Origin: Botryllus schlosseri
Lineage: Eukaryota
Length of the DNA: 64,000 nucleotides
Assembly (NCBI GenBank): GCA_051294905.1
Contig: CM119371.1
Span: 5,768,001 to 5,832,000 of the forward strand
Direction: 5' to 3'
The translations under genes were made by a program, and so were the position numbers. Positions within the stretch are counted from its first letter, which is position 1. The number at the start of each line of letters is the position of its first letter. This document shows positions 1 through 12,273 of the stretch, in pieces. A model generated the notes under the pieces. It was not told the DNA's origin. It ran no database searches and saw only the letters and a program-made list of their open reading frames with translations.

Positions 1-604
1 TTGCCATACGAAAGTCTGATGATTCGTTACTCCATGATGGTCGCCACTTGCTCGTCACGTATGTGCTTCTGTGTCTATGTATTAGTAGCATCTGCCAAGT
101 AAAGAAATAAGATGATACAGCTTTGGACTAATAGCACTGCACGAGGGCTGGAAAAATTCATTTTCTTTACAAACGTTAATAGGTCAAAATGTGGATTGGT
201 AGGTTTTATGACCTCATAAAAAGACAGTCTATACTCAGCATGGAGCCAGACAAGAACTCGAATTCGCACAGCTCGTTGGTAGGATGCAGGCTACAGGAAC
301 ACCCCAGCTTGACGCTTAATACGTATCACGTAATCCAATCACCACGATGCTGTATTTTGCCTAGCCTCGCTGATAATAACGTTCGAAGTCTTTGCAATAT
401 GCAGTACCTAACGCTGGCCACAATTATTCGATTCGTTTGTCGAGGGATGATTTTTTCGAGCACCGAAATGATACGATCCTTGCTACTCGACAAAAATTAT
501 AGTTTTGGTAGCACTGTCTACTAGGGTTGTTCAAAAACAAATATTTTTTCAGATTGCGGGATTCACTGATTACATTGGTAGGTTGCCTATAAAAGGCTGG
601 ACAC

Positions 605-1020
605 CAAATTTGACTCAATTCCAATCGGCCGAAGCCACAACAGAGCCAATCAAATTTTTTAAATATATGAAAAATAAAATCCTTTATTTTTCAAATTCCA
701 TACTGTCAACCCCATGTAATTGTTAAGTTGTCTACTAAAACGATGCAAAAGAAATTTGACGCAATTCTAAACTGTACAAGCACAGTTAATGAGTTTTTCA
801 TCAATAATTGTGGGATTACCCCCGTCAATGCTTATTTGCCAATCCAAAACTACGGTGACTTTGCTACTACCCGTTGGAAGTGGGAAAAATCGTCACGCAT
901 CATTTTTTTAGGCAAATTAACAGTAAAATTTGAAGGAAAAAAAATTAATATTTTTCAATATATTTAAAAATTTCAATTGGCTCCGCACGGCTTCAGCTGT
1001 TTGGAATTGAATTCAATGTG
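605..1020. mobile_element. Fold-back MITE-like element
   Basis: Imperfect inverted arms at about 610-700 and 915-1016; no clear TSD. Confidence 0.5.
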
Positions 1021-1714
1021 ATGCAGAATAGGCACTGTATTATTTTTGGTCGCGTGAAAGGTACTTATATGCACTTTCCACATCATTCATACCGTTATGA
1101 TGTCATATTGAGCGATACTCGGATATTCGACTAAAATTTGAATACGGGATTCAGAAGCAAATCACTCAAGTGCTTGAATTCTCCCAGTCCCACCACTGAG
1201 ACACTCGCGATTCCCTGTCAATAAACTTCCACATGAATGTTCTTATATACTCACAAAACACAACCCAACGACCAGGTCTCCACATCGAAACTGTGCCCAT
1301 ACTTTCTCATAACTCCAAGGGCAATATAGTTGGGAGTGTGGCAAAAAGTATTTTTTGTTTGGCCGTCAATGTCGACTTTGGTAGCCAAGATGAAATCTCG
1401 TCGAAATCTTCAAGCCTCGCCTCCGTATTCTTCAGCGAATAGATTCCAAGCTGTCAATACAGATTTTATATTCAATTACTCCGCTATACAGATTTGTATA
1501 AACTACCAACAAACTACTAACTAATGCCATTTTTAGGAATAATGGTTTCCGTTAGCAAGTTGTTCTAGTAGTAGCTGCGGATCTTGAAAAGTGAATGGTT
1601 CTACATCAAGTTGTGCATTTAAAAAAATGTAGCCGCCGACAACTAGAAAACGTATGTCGTCATGATACCAGTGTTCTGTTGCATGATATTATTGCAGCCT
1701 TTGCTAGCTCAGAG

Positions 1715-2035
1715 CAGGGTTGTAACCAAGTCACAAGTCAACCTCACTTCCATAGTTTTGACTCGAGTCAAGTCGAGTCATTTTCAATTCACCGCCGAGT
1801 CAAGTCCGAGTCCAAGTCAGCTAGGAGTGAGACGAGTATAAATCATAGTGTTTTGACTCGAGTCCGAGTCCAAGTCATTATGTTCACTATACCGCGGAGT
1901 TACAGTGACAGTCCTCGTCATGAGTCAAGTCATTTCACTCATTTGAACAAATCACACGAGTCCAGTCGAGTCACCAAAAAAACGCGACTTGAGTTTGACT
2001 CGAGTTGAGTCATGACTCGAGTCATTACAACCCTG
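1715..2035. mobile_element. hAT-type MITE, GACTCGAGTC-rich family A
   Basis: TIR CAGGGTTGTAA, 8-bp TSD GCTCAGAG; relatives at about 32736-33137, 44181-44785, 45690-48277 and 50822-51142. Confidence 0.85.
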
Positions 2036-3589
2036 GCTCAGAGTCATCACGTCAAACAGTATTATAGGCCTGGTTGAGTATTGGGGGTCGAAACCGCTCC
2101 CGTTTCAAATTCGAAACCCTGTCAATTTGAGATGCCAAATCTATCCCCGATATTTCTCAGCTCATTGGTTATTTTGTCACTAAACAATCATGAGCGAGTT
2201 GTGTATTAGTTAGTTAGAAGCATATTTTCAATGGTCGTTAACTCAAGTAGAGAATTTGCAAAAGTGAGCAGTTTTACTTCTTGTTGCGCATGTTGAAAAT
2301 CCAGTAGTTTGTACAAGTCCACTTTAGAGAGCTTGTAGTGCCATCAAACATTAGTGGTTGATAACGCGTATAGTTTTATCCCCAAATTGGCAACCAATCA
2401 TCAGTCGGCTCTGGTTCTTACATAATTTTCGAAGATTATTAACGAAAGTACGACTGCATAAAATGTTACCTTGATATCTTGTGAATGATTTTACAATTGT
2501 GGCGATAAACAACACCAAGCAGAATCTGTTGCGTGCGATAACGGGTCTCTGGTTCTGTGATGGAGCGTCTTCTTTTGAAAACTTCCATCAGCGACTGACA
2601 ACATAAATCAATGGTAATTGGTTTGCTGGGATGAGAAAAAAGCATTATTTGTCGGACACACGTAAATCAGTGGTTCTCAACCTTTCTGAGCGCTGGTCAA
2701 ATTTGACAACAGTTTTTGCAGACCGATGCACCTTCCAAACTATTAAGTTCATTTATTACTTGCTTTCTGGTACTGAACGTGTAAAAGCGCTAGGGCTGGC
2801 TAAGCTGAGTGATTTGATTCTGAATCGAGAAATGAGTTTGAGTCGCTTATGTTAACGTCACAGCAACATCACAAAGAATAAAATGCAGATTCCAGTCACA
2901 TTATGAAGATTATTTTGCACTTTTATGACCATACCTGTCCATCGCAATTCACACTACGGGACAATGCTTTTGGTTGCTCACGACTTCACAGAAATGTCAT
3001 TTTCAGTAACGCGAGTGGCTTTGTGACACAGGCTGCGATACGACCAACCGAGGTTTACAGCTTTTCACAGTGAGAAATATCATCGAAATTATAATTCCCA
3101 TTGGTTTAGTCCAGCTTATTGTTGATATAATTCTCCCTTTTGTGGCATGGAGCGTATATTGTCAGTACCCGCAACAATCATTTCCTACTACTCGACTCAT
3201 ATGATTAGAATTGATACTGGATTCAGATTTGAGTCATGAAATCATTGTGCCCAGCCATAGTGATCACAGTTGTGTCACGAGAAAATGATCACATTATCCA
3301 AAGTAGATTAAAATTTGAATTATATTAAACACATATTTCAAAATTAGATTAGAATTATAATTACCTAGTTGGGAAAAGAAATCAAGTTCAGTTCATATCA
3401 AATCGCAGAGTATTATCATAAGCATGATAATAGCTCACCAATCTTGACTTATATAGAAAAAGTTGACCAATTAGATTGGAATTACATTACAAGTATTTCA
3501 CCCTATTTAGCCAGATATATTATAGATCAATAATTAACTGGTTGGCCGAGTCTGCTATTAATCAACATTACAGATCTAATGCACAGTTA

Positions 3590-4329
3590 GGGGTACTGTA
3601 CTGTATTGGCTTGGTGTGCACGATATCTTCGTAGGCCTACACAATCGCATCTGGAATAGACCTCGTACTAAAGATATCGCTAGCCTAACTACCGCGTCTT
3701 GGGATGGGCTTTGGCTCCTATTTCTCGATGGCTTAGATAAAATGCTATCAAGTATATGCTGATTAGCGATTGTGATTAAAGAGTTACATCTCGTAACTGA
3801 ATGACATCGAATGTCCGCAATCATGTTCGACGCGTGCGTACATGCGTAACTGATTTCCACTAGTCTTCAGCTATAGTCCAGTAGGCTTGAGTTATAAGAG
3901 GTAAAGGTTCGAACCACCTGAAATCGGCTTCATTATAGCACATATTCCATAAAAACTCGTACATTTTTACTTGCCTAAATCGTCGCCGAGGCTACGTCAG
4001 ACGCAAGACGCATTGATGAGCGGGCGTATTTAATTGTTGGAAGCTTTGACAAGCGCGCGAATTTAATTGTTCAGCGCGTTGATAAGCGCGCGTATTTCAT
4101 TGTTCACGACAGATCAGGGAGTCGCTAATCAACAGCACTTCCGGACTCGTCGAAAAGCTTATCGTACGCCTATAATCGCCAACACGGGGATGTTGTATAA
4201 TCGTTATTTACGCGTCGCATGTACTTAACCCTAATGAGTCAATGCTACGTTACTAAATTCGGAAAAAATCGAAACCCCCCCCTTTTATTTCAAACCCCCC
4301 CCCTTATTTTTCGGCTGGCTACGCGCCTG
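3590..4329. mobile_element. Truncated copy of the CAGGCGCGTAGCCAG hAT family
   Basis: Colinear with 29900-30649; right TIR CTGGCTACGCGCCTG. Confidence 0.8.
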
Positions 4330-5248
4330 GGGGTACATTACATTTGTAATGAGGAAATGCTTTTACCGTTCTTTTACACAACTCGAGAACAATGTCGACA
4401 AAATCCTTGTCTTGGAAGAATCCGTGAAATCCAACGACGTGCTTGTGATTCAAACTGCGATGGAGATTGATCTCTTGAGATATTTTGTCTTTCTGATGAT
4501 TATTGTCTGAAATTGAGACTCGTACATATTACCAATCTAGTTACGTGACGAGCAACTAATTACGTCTTTCTACGACTAGTTCTATTTCTAATTGTGGACT
4601 TGGAAAAGTGAATAGTTTTAGTTGTACTTTTTGGAAAGTGAGTCGGTAGTCCTATTGCTGCGCAATACACAGTTAGAAAATCCAGTATGGTACCTTACCG
4701 ACCGACCATATATACCTAGGCTAAATAAATGCATCAAGTTACCAAGTGGAAAGCTTGTGGCTAGGACTGGGCACACTGATTCTGATATTGGAATCTGAGT
4801 TGAGTATCAATTCTAATGATTAGATTCGAGAATTAAGAGATTAGTGTTTTAGGTCTAAAATATCAAGAAGAGGAAATTTATGGAATTTATAGTTTTGATA
4901 TTATTTTCCGCTGCGAAAGCCATGAAATATCGATAGGCCGTATCGCAGCATATGAAACATGCAGTACCAAGATACGTACTTTAGTGGAAATGACATATCT
5001 GTGAAGTCGCGATCATTACACAGCATTGTGGCAAAGTGCAATGAACTAGGTATGCTTGAAAAATACAAAATCATCCTTAAACTGATGTAGAACTGTCATA
5101 ATATCCTTTGTACTCGAGTAAAAGGTAAGTATTTGAACTTTCCACAAATTTCATTATAAGTGATGCTCGGAACGAATCATAATACTCAATTTTGTCCAGA
5201 CCTACGCATTCATTAAAGTCCCAGATAAATGTTGTTGTATATACCCAC

Positions 5249-7859
5249 AAAACACAACCAGACGATTAGGTCTCCGCTTTGGAACTGTGTCCCTTCTTGC
5301 CTAGAACTTCCGAGGCAATATAGTTGGATGTGCCGCAAAAAGAATTCTTTTGTTTGGTCGACGACTTTGGTAGCTAGGGCGAAATCTCTGAATTTCACGT
5401 CCATGTTATTGTTTAGGAATAGATCTCCAGCTGTCAAAAGAAAAATTTCACGTACAGTTACACAAGTAGGCCTACATAGACTTGTGCAAACTAACAAACT
5501 AGACAGATGATGGTCAACCCTACTGCTAATAATAATAAGTTCTAGTTCCAGTTGTAGATGCGATTTTAATAAGTGAGCAGTTCTAGTTCAAGTGTAGTTG
5601 CGAACTTTAAAAACTGAGTAATTCAAAGTGAGTAAGTCTAGTTATAGTTGTAGTTGCTAGTTTTAAAAAGCAAGCAATTCAAAAGTGAGTAATTCGAGTT
5701 CTAGTTGCTGGTTTTGAAAAGGGAGTAATTCTAGTTCTAGTTGTAGTTTTTTAAAAGGAGTAATTCTAGTTCTAGTTGTAGTTGCTGGTTTTTAAAAGTG
5801 AGTAATTCAAAAGCGAGTAATTCTAGTTCTAGTTGTGGATGCTATTTTTAAAAAGCGAGTGATTAAAAAGTTGGTAATTCTAGTTCTAGTTGTGGTTGTG
5901 AGTCTTGAAAAGTGAATAATTCAAAAGGTAGTAATTCTAGTTCCATTTGTAGCTGTGAGTTTTGAAAAGGGAGTAGCTCTAGTTATAATTATGAATATTG
6001 GAAAAATCCAGTATTTTGTAGAATTATGGCACCACTGCAAGCAATATTACCTTGATATCTGTGTGAACGATCCTACAACCGTGAAGATTAACGACTCCAT
6101 CCACAATCTGCTGCTTGCAATAACGAGTCTCTGGTTGTGTATTGACGCGCCTTCTTCAGCAAACTTCCATCAGAGCCTGACAACAAAAATCAAATCTAAT
6201 TAGATTGACAATATTATTTGCTGGTACATCTAAATCAGTGGTTCACCTCATTCGAGTTAACAGGCTGGTAAAATTCAACAACAAATTTTGCAGACCGGCG
6301 AACCTTCCAAATTAAAAAGAAACTTCATTTCGTGCTGCCGTTTTCATATTAGAGTTATCCATACTTAGGGAAAAATGAAGTACCCAAGTGATGCGATTTT
6401 GAATACGGTATTAGGCTTCGAGTTGGGTGTACGAGTATCGATCATTAGGATATCAAAACAGGATGAATGAGGTGAAATTTCACATGTGTACCTTTTATGC
6501 GACCACAAACAATATACTGACTGAGATTTGAGTATGGTACTCGAATCATTGCGCTCAGCCCTATTGATCAGAGTTTTATAATCAGTTTTCGTAACTAGAT
6601 TAGAATTAGAATTATAGCTACCTTTTTTTTCAAACTACATTACAATTAGAATTATGGCTACAATTTTTTTCAAATTACATTACAATTAGAATTAGCCTAT
6701 ATCATCACATGTTCAGCTCATGAGCACAAGAATGGCAAATGTGTGTGCAGCAAGCTTGGCTCTTTTTACGTGATATAGTTCTCCTGTAGCATTTACCGGA
6801 AAAGCAGAAATTAGATTAGAATTGGATTACCGGCATTTTTCTCTAATTAGTCTAACGTGACAACTAGAATTATCTAGTTGACCAGGTCTGTTGGTATTTA
6901 ACTTACAGAACTGATGTAATTACGATCACCACATTTATACCGTTGAGACTTTATAGTAATCACAGTATTAACAAGTAAATGTTTTTACCCTTCTTTTGCA
7001 CACCTCGAGAACGATGTAGACGAAATCCTTGTCTATGAAAAATCCATGAAATCCAACGACGTGCTCGTGATTCAAACTGCGATGGAGAAGATCTCTTCAC
7101 ACATTTTGTCTTTCGCATGCTCATTCACGAGTACTGCCTGAAATTAACTACAAATTAATGCTCACAATTCCTGGCCAGCCCATTATAGGTTTGTCGATAA
7201 TATCCGATCGATGTCACTCTTTAAAAGATATAACGGCATCGGCCATGTGACAAAATATCAACAATTTCTGTGTGGCCACAACATAGAAGTAGGACGTCAG
7301 AGAGCTATCATTTGTGACTGCTAGAATGGGAATATTGATAGACTTGTTATGGCTTACAGATGTCCTTATGCAGTCTAATTAGTTTATTTCATGGCCCGGC
7401 ATAGCAATGACTGTGAAACAGTTCTAGATCTGGAAATGTGGCCCAAGCTAGAAGAATATCGAGGTTATCGGTGAAGGTGCTTGGTATCAGTTTTATCGGT
7501 CTCGGTTAAAAAATATGATATCGGTCAAGCTCTAGTATGTAAGAATGAAAACTTACAAATTCTTTTCCATGTTTTTTTCAGAGTGTATTCACAAAAAAAG
7601 GCATTCGGCTATTCTACAAATGTCTATCACATAGATTCCTTGAATCAACGAACTTGACTCACCTTTGGTATAATGTTATACACGAACGTCTGTTTTATTC
7701 TGAATTCCATGATTTCAAATCATTTCACAAATCCCCCTTTGTCAAAAAAGAGATGTCGTGTATCGTTTTCATGTAGAGTGATCGGACAGAACTTTGGTTA
7801 TTTCTTTGTAGCAAAGTCAACCTTGTCATACATTGTCGTGAAATCAAATTCAATAGAAT
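5249..7859 (-). pseudogene. PLK1 pseudogene segment B (exons 1-4 at 7663-7859, 6989-7137, 6051-6176, 5249-5430)
   Basis: Clear nucleotide homology to PLK1 exons with splice sites retained; frameshifts (exon 2 is 149 vs 150 nt), in-frame TGA stops, catalytic Lys->Asn, HRD->HTD, DFG->DFA. Confidence 0.9.
5536..5990. repeat. Degenerate AAAAGTGAGTAATTCTAGTTCTAGTT array
   Basis: Same motif at about 4575-4640, 35170-35410 and 36590-36740. Confidence 0.7.
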
Positions 7860-9483
7860 CTGTAAAAAATTTAATATCACGCATTAACACATGCACATTG
7901 ACTTTGCACAGTCACAGACAAAGTATTACAAGATTACTTTCCACGTCCAATAGGGTTGTTCAACAATAACTTTTGTCAAATATTACTGGATAGTCGAACT
8001 TGATGCATAACTTGTAGTTGGCAGAATAGAAAACTGAATAAGAGAATAACTAGAATAACAGTGAATTACAAAGCAACTCAATAATCTAAATTATTAATAA
8101 TCTAAATATTATATTAATCCGATCAGTTTTCCATACGAACATCAGTGCAAGTTTTAAATAGGAGAGGTTTCGGTCATAAAAAAACAATAGATCAACGATA
8201 ATACATCAAATAATACGCAAATTAGCCTGCATGTAGCAATGGCATAATTGCCATTGGCTTGCCAGGGGTAACCCTAAAAGGAGGGAACGCGGAAACTGCG
8301 GAAAACGCGGAACTCGCGGAAATGGCCCCTAAAACGCAGAAACTGCGGGAAACCTCGATTCCTAAAGCGCTGAAACAAGAGGAAAACGCGGAACGCGGAA
8401 CAGTCGGTCATTGACCTTTATAGATCACAAAGTAGGCAGGGCGCAGTCAAGGGCTTCCGCGAATGGATCCACCAAATTCCTTGTCGACATTTTAAGAGAA
8501 TGCATTATAAGTCAATTATTTTATGTTGTGCTTGTCAGGTCTCAATAGCAATTTAGTGTAATTGAAATTGTAATTGAGCAAAATTTTTGTCAAATTATAA
8601 TTACAATTACAATTACACAAAATAAAAATGCTTCAATTACAATTACATTACAATTACATTGAAAAATGTAATTAATTACATTCAATTACAAATTACAATT
8701 GATCCAACTCTGAACGTGAATGATCATCGCAGGACACAAGGGTGTTCAAAAAGGACTTTTTCTGTCAAATTGTACTTGCTACAATTGTTGGGTTACCTAA
8801 TGAATTTGACTAAGAACTATATTGGTAAATACTTCGGAATGTGCCAGGGTAAAAACTATTTTTTTTACATCTAAATTTCTTAATTATAAAATAACTCCGC
8901 TTCCACTAGTTGGAATTGGACCATATTCGGTGATCATTGTTTCTATAGACATGTCAATGTCAATTTCATAGATTATGAATAAAAATTTGAAATTTCTTTT
9001 TAAGTGATGAATAACTTTTGTCTCTCCTAGCAATGCGGCTATTGGATTAAATTGAACCAGCAGCCTTAAATTAGGTAACCTAACAATTCTATCAAGTGGC
9101 CACTAAAATTTAAAAAAGAAGTCATATTTGCACACTCCTTCAGAACACCCCACCTTGAATAGACTTGATCACAGTGGTGCTACAGGATGCAGGTTCACCT
9201 TCGCATCCATCAGCAGTTGATGTCTTCCCTTCATCTAATAAAGAAATCAAATAACTCAAACGTGAATGATCATCGCAGGACACAAGGGTGTTCAAAAAGG
9301 ACATTTTCTGTCAAATTGTACTTGCTACAATTGTTGGGTTACCTAACGAATTTGACTAAGAACTATATTGGTAAATACTTCGGAATATGCCAGGGTAAAA
9401 ACTATTTTATTCAAATCTAAATTTCTCAATTATAAAATAACTCCGCTTCCACTAGTTGGAATTGGACCATATTCGGTGATCAT

Positions 9484-10658
9484 TAGGGCGATTTTTTTTT
9501 GACATGTCAAAAAAAGTCAAAATTAGGTCAAAATTGTAGCGTTAGGTCAGAATTTGTCAAAATTGTTTACAAAATCAAACATTTTTTGACCTCTACATTT
9601 AGTTTGTATCGTAGATTTTGCGCTGTCTGTGAACTTATCATTTGATAATTTACAGCCTGTAGCCTACTTTATAGGCCTACCGTTGTAAACGGCCCATCGT
9701 CTGCTCATTGTGAATCATAAACGGTCAAATGAAACAAATAGTGACATGGTTTATGGTCAACGTACCGCAATATCCTAACTGAAGCAAGACTGCTTGGGCA
9801 TTGCATGGTTCTTACATCAAGAAGCGCAAGCAGAAAAATTGTGATATAGACAACATTGTCAGAATGAAGCAACACGGTGCATCACCACCAAGCAGTGTGC
9901 ACACAACTTCAGTGTTGTCAGCTAACAACTGCTGCTGTTGAACGTTCTTTCTCCATTCTTGACAAGCTACTTAGTAAGAACAGACACTTTCTACCCGAGA
10001 TAGCGCAGTGGTATAATCCGGGGCTGCAACACCAATGGGTGTGGGTTCGATTCCGACCGATGTCGACTTCGTAATTCTGATAGCTAAGTGTTGGAGGTTT
10101 ACCTAGGCTCCTCCTCGCCACCTCATCCGCGTAAGCGGTGTCTTACAAAAAAGCCTAGAGGTTGGTCGTGCTATATGTTGGCAGTTACGGAAAATAATGA
10201 AGAATATCGGCCTGGTGTAAATGACCGTAGTAGTTGACAAACACCAAGAATACCACAAAACAAACAATCGAAACAAACACTTTCTACCCGAGAATGTAGG
10301 AAAGTATCTTTCGTTGTACTACAACAAATTTTAATTATTCCACCATAATACGTAATGTAACTACTGCAATTCTTCATAGGGCCAGATTTCGTTAAAATAC
10401 TAGTTTTTTTATGTAAAAATTTGTCAGTTTTTGAGCCAGAAACGTTCTTTCAGGCCAATCTACTTTGTAAGGACAGACAGTTCCAACCAGAAATGAAGAT
10501 AAGTAGTACAATTTTAACATTATTTGCGAAAACACCTAATTTGCATACGTGAGGTCAAAATTTGGTCAAATTTCAGTTTTTTTAGGTCAAAAAAAGTCAA
10601 AATTTAGATTTTTTAGGTCAAAATCTTCCGTTTTTTTGGTAAAAAAAAAATCGCCCTA
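9484..10658 (+). mobile_element. Non-autonomous hAT element with a transposase C-terminal remnant
   Basis: TIR TAGGGCGATTTTTTTTT, TSD GTGATCAT; remnant TAAVERSFSILDKLL...FLPE/NVGKYL (dimerisation-domain ERxFS motif); related left ends at about 55449 and 61394. Confidence 0.88.
10001..10276 (+). mobile_element. tRNA-derived SINE
   Basis: A box TAGCGCAGTGG, B box GGTTCGATTCC, GCA in the anticodon position, CAAA-type tail, 17-bp TSD ACACTTTCTACCCGAGA. Confidence 0.85.
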
Positions 10659-11825
10659 GTGATCATTGTTTCTATAGACATGTCAATGTCAATTTCATAG
10701 ATTATGAATAAAAATTTGAAATTTCTTTTTAAGTGATGAATAACTTTTGTCTCTCCTAGCAATGCGGCTATTGGATTAAATTGAACCAGCAGCCTTAAAT
10801 TAGGTAACCTAACAATTCTATCAAGTGGCCACTAAAATTTAAAAAAAAAGTCATATTTGCACACTCCTTCAGAACACCCCACCTTGAATAGCCTTGATCA
10901 CAGTGGTGCTACAGGATGCAGGTTCACCTTCGCATCCATCAGCAGTTGATGTCTTCCCTTCATCTAATAAAGAAATCAAATGACTCAAACGTGAATGATC
11001 ATCGCAGGACACAAGGGTGTTCAAAAAGGACTTTTTCTGTCAAATTGTACTTGCTACAATTGTTGGGTTACCTAATGAATTTGACTAAGAACTATATTGG
11101 TAATTACTTCGGAATGTGCCAGGGTAAAAACTATTTTTTTCAAATCTAAATTTCTCAATTATAAAATAACTCCGCTTCCACTAGTCGGAATTGGACCATA
11201 TTCGGTGATCATTGTTTCTATAGACATGTCAATGTCAATTTCATGGATTATGAATAAAATTTTGAAATTTATTATCAAGTGATGAATAACTTTTGTCTCT
11301 CCTAGCAATGCGGCTATTGGATTAAATTGAACCAGCAGCCTTAAATTAGGTAACCTAACAATTCTATCAAGTAGTCACTACAATTCAAGAAACAGTCAAT
11401 CTCGCACACTTCTACATAACACAGGCACCTTGACTAGACTTGATCGAAGTGGTGCTACAGGATGGAGGTTCACCTCCGCAGCCATCAGCAGTTGATGTCT
11501 TCCCTTCATCTAATAAAGAAATCAAATGACTCAAACGTGAACGCTGATCGCAAGACCCAGGGGTTTCAAAAATGACTTTTTTAAAAATTGTACTGGCTAC
11601 TTGATAAAATTGTTATGGTTAAACCTAAAAAACGCTTCACACAAATTTTGACACAAGTGGGATTGCTATGTAGAAAAAAAGCTTACTATAATTATTGATT
11701 GTGTGAAAGAATGATGCACAACGAATTTAACTTATAATTACATAAAATAATTAAGAATTTACCACCGTAAATACTACTTAATGCAAGTCTAAATAAACAG
11801 GCACAAGCGGGTTTTTACGCAAAAT

Positions 11826-12232
11826 TTCAAAACATGACCTTAATGGGATGCGATCACAGTAGTATGCTTTCGTGTAATGCAGTTCGACAACGCATAACCA
11901 ATTACGCCACGAAGCGAGGTGGCAAAATTTAGACCGCGCGTTGATATAACATAATCGAGAACACGAGAAAAACTTTTTGCAAAATTGTTCATGTTCTGGA
12001 TTGCGTCTTTATATAGTCCAGCACATATACCTAATGCGGATAAGTACGTGCTGTGAACAGCAACAATGATAATATCTCTCGAACAAGACATCAGTGACCG
12101 TTTTGCTCAACTTATGCGATGGATACAATCTAAGTGCTGTAGAAAGTTTCACAGAAAGCCGCAGTTTGACGCCGACGATAGTAACGATACTTTACTTGTT
12201 CGTTTCGCATCCCATTAAGGTAATGTTTTCAA
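11826..12232. mobile_element. MITE with inverted termini CCTTAATGGGATGCGA
   Basis: Perfect inverted 16-mer at 11838-11853 / 12205-12220, extending imperfectly outward. Confidence 0.5.
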
Positions 12233-12273
12233 GTTTTGAAAAGTGAAGTACAATTCTTAGGAAAACCTGCCGG

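Larger units (their letters stand above)
1..4506 (-). pseudogene. PLK1 pseudogene segment C (exon 2 4367-4506, exon 3 2470-2594, exon 4 1255-1450, exon 7 <1-91); continues beyond the window
   Basis: Homology to PLK1 exons; lengths 140/125/196 nt vs 150/126/188, TAG stop in the exon 7 copy; exons 5-6 not found between 92 and 1254. Confidence 0.88.
8713..11600 (+). repeat. 546-bp tandem repeat, about 3.1 units, interrupted by a hAT element
   Basis: Unit starts at 8713, 9259, 10988 and 11534 (spacing 546, 546+1183, 546). Confidence 0.92.

Noticed and set aside
10001..10070. Functional tRNA-Cys gene
   Set aside because: No acceptor stem or T-run terminator; it has a body, tail and TSD, so it is a SINE head
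8659..11282. Repeated 61-77 aa ORFs as a small gene family
   Set aside because: By-products of the 546-bp tandem repeat; no splice or domain evidence
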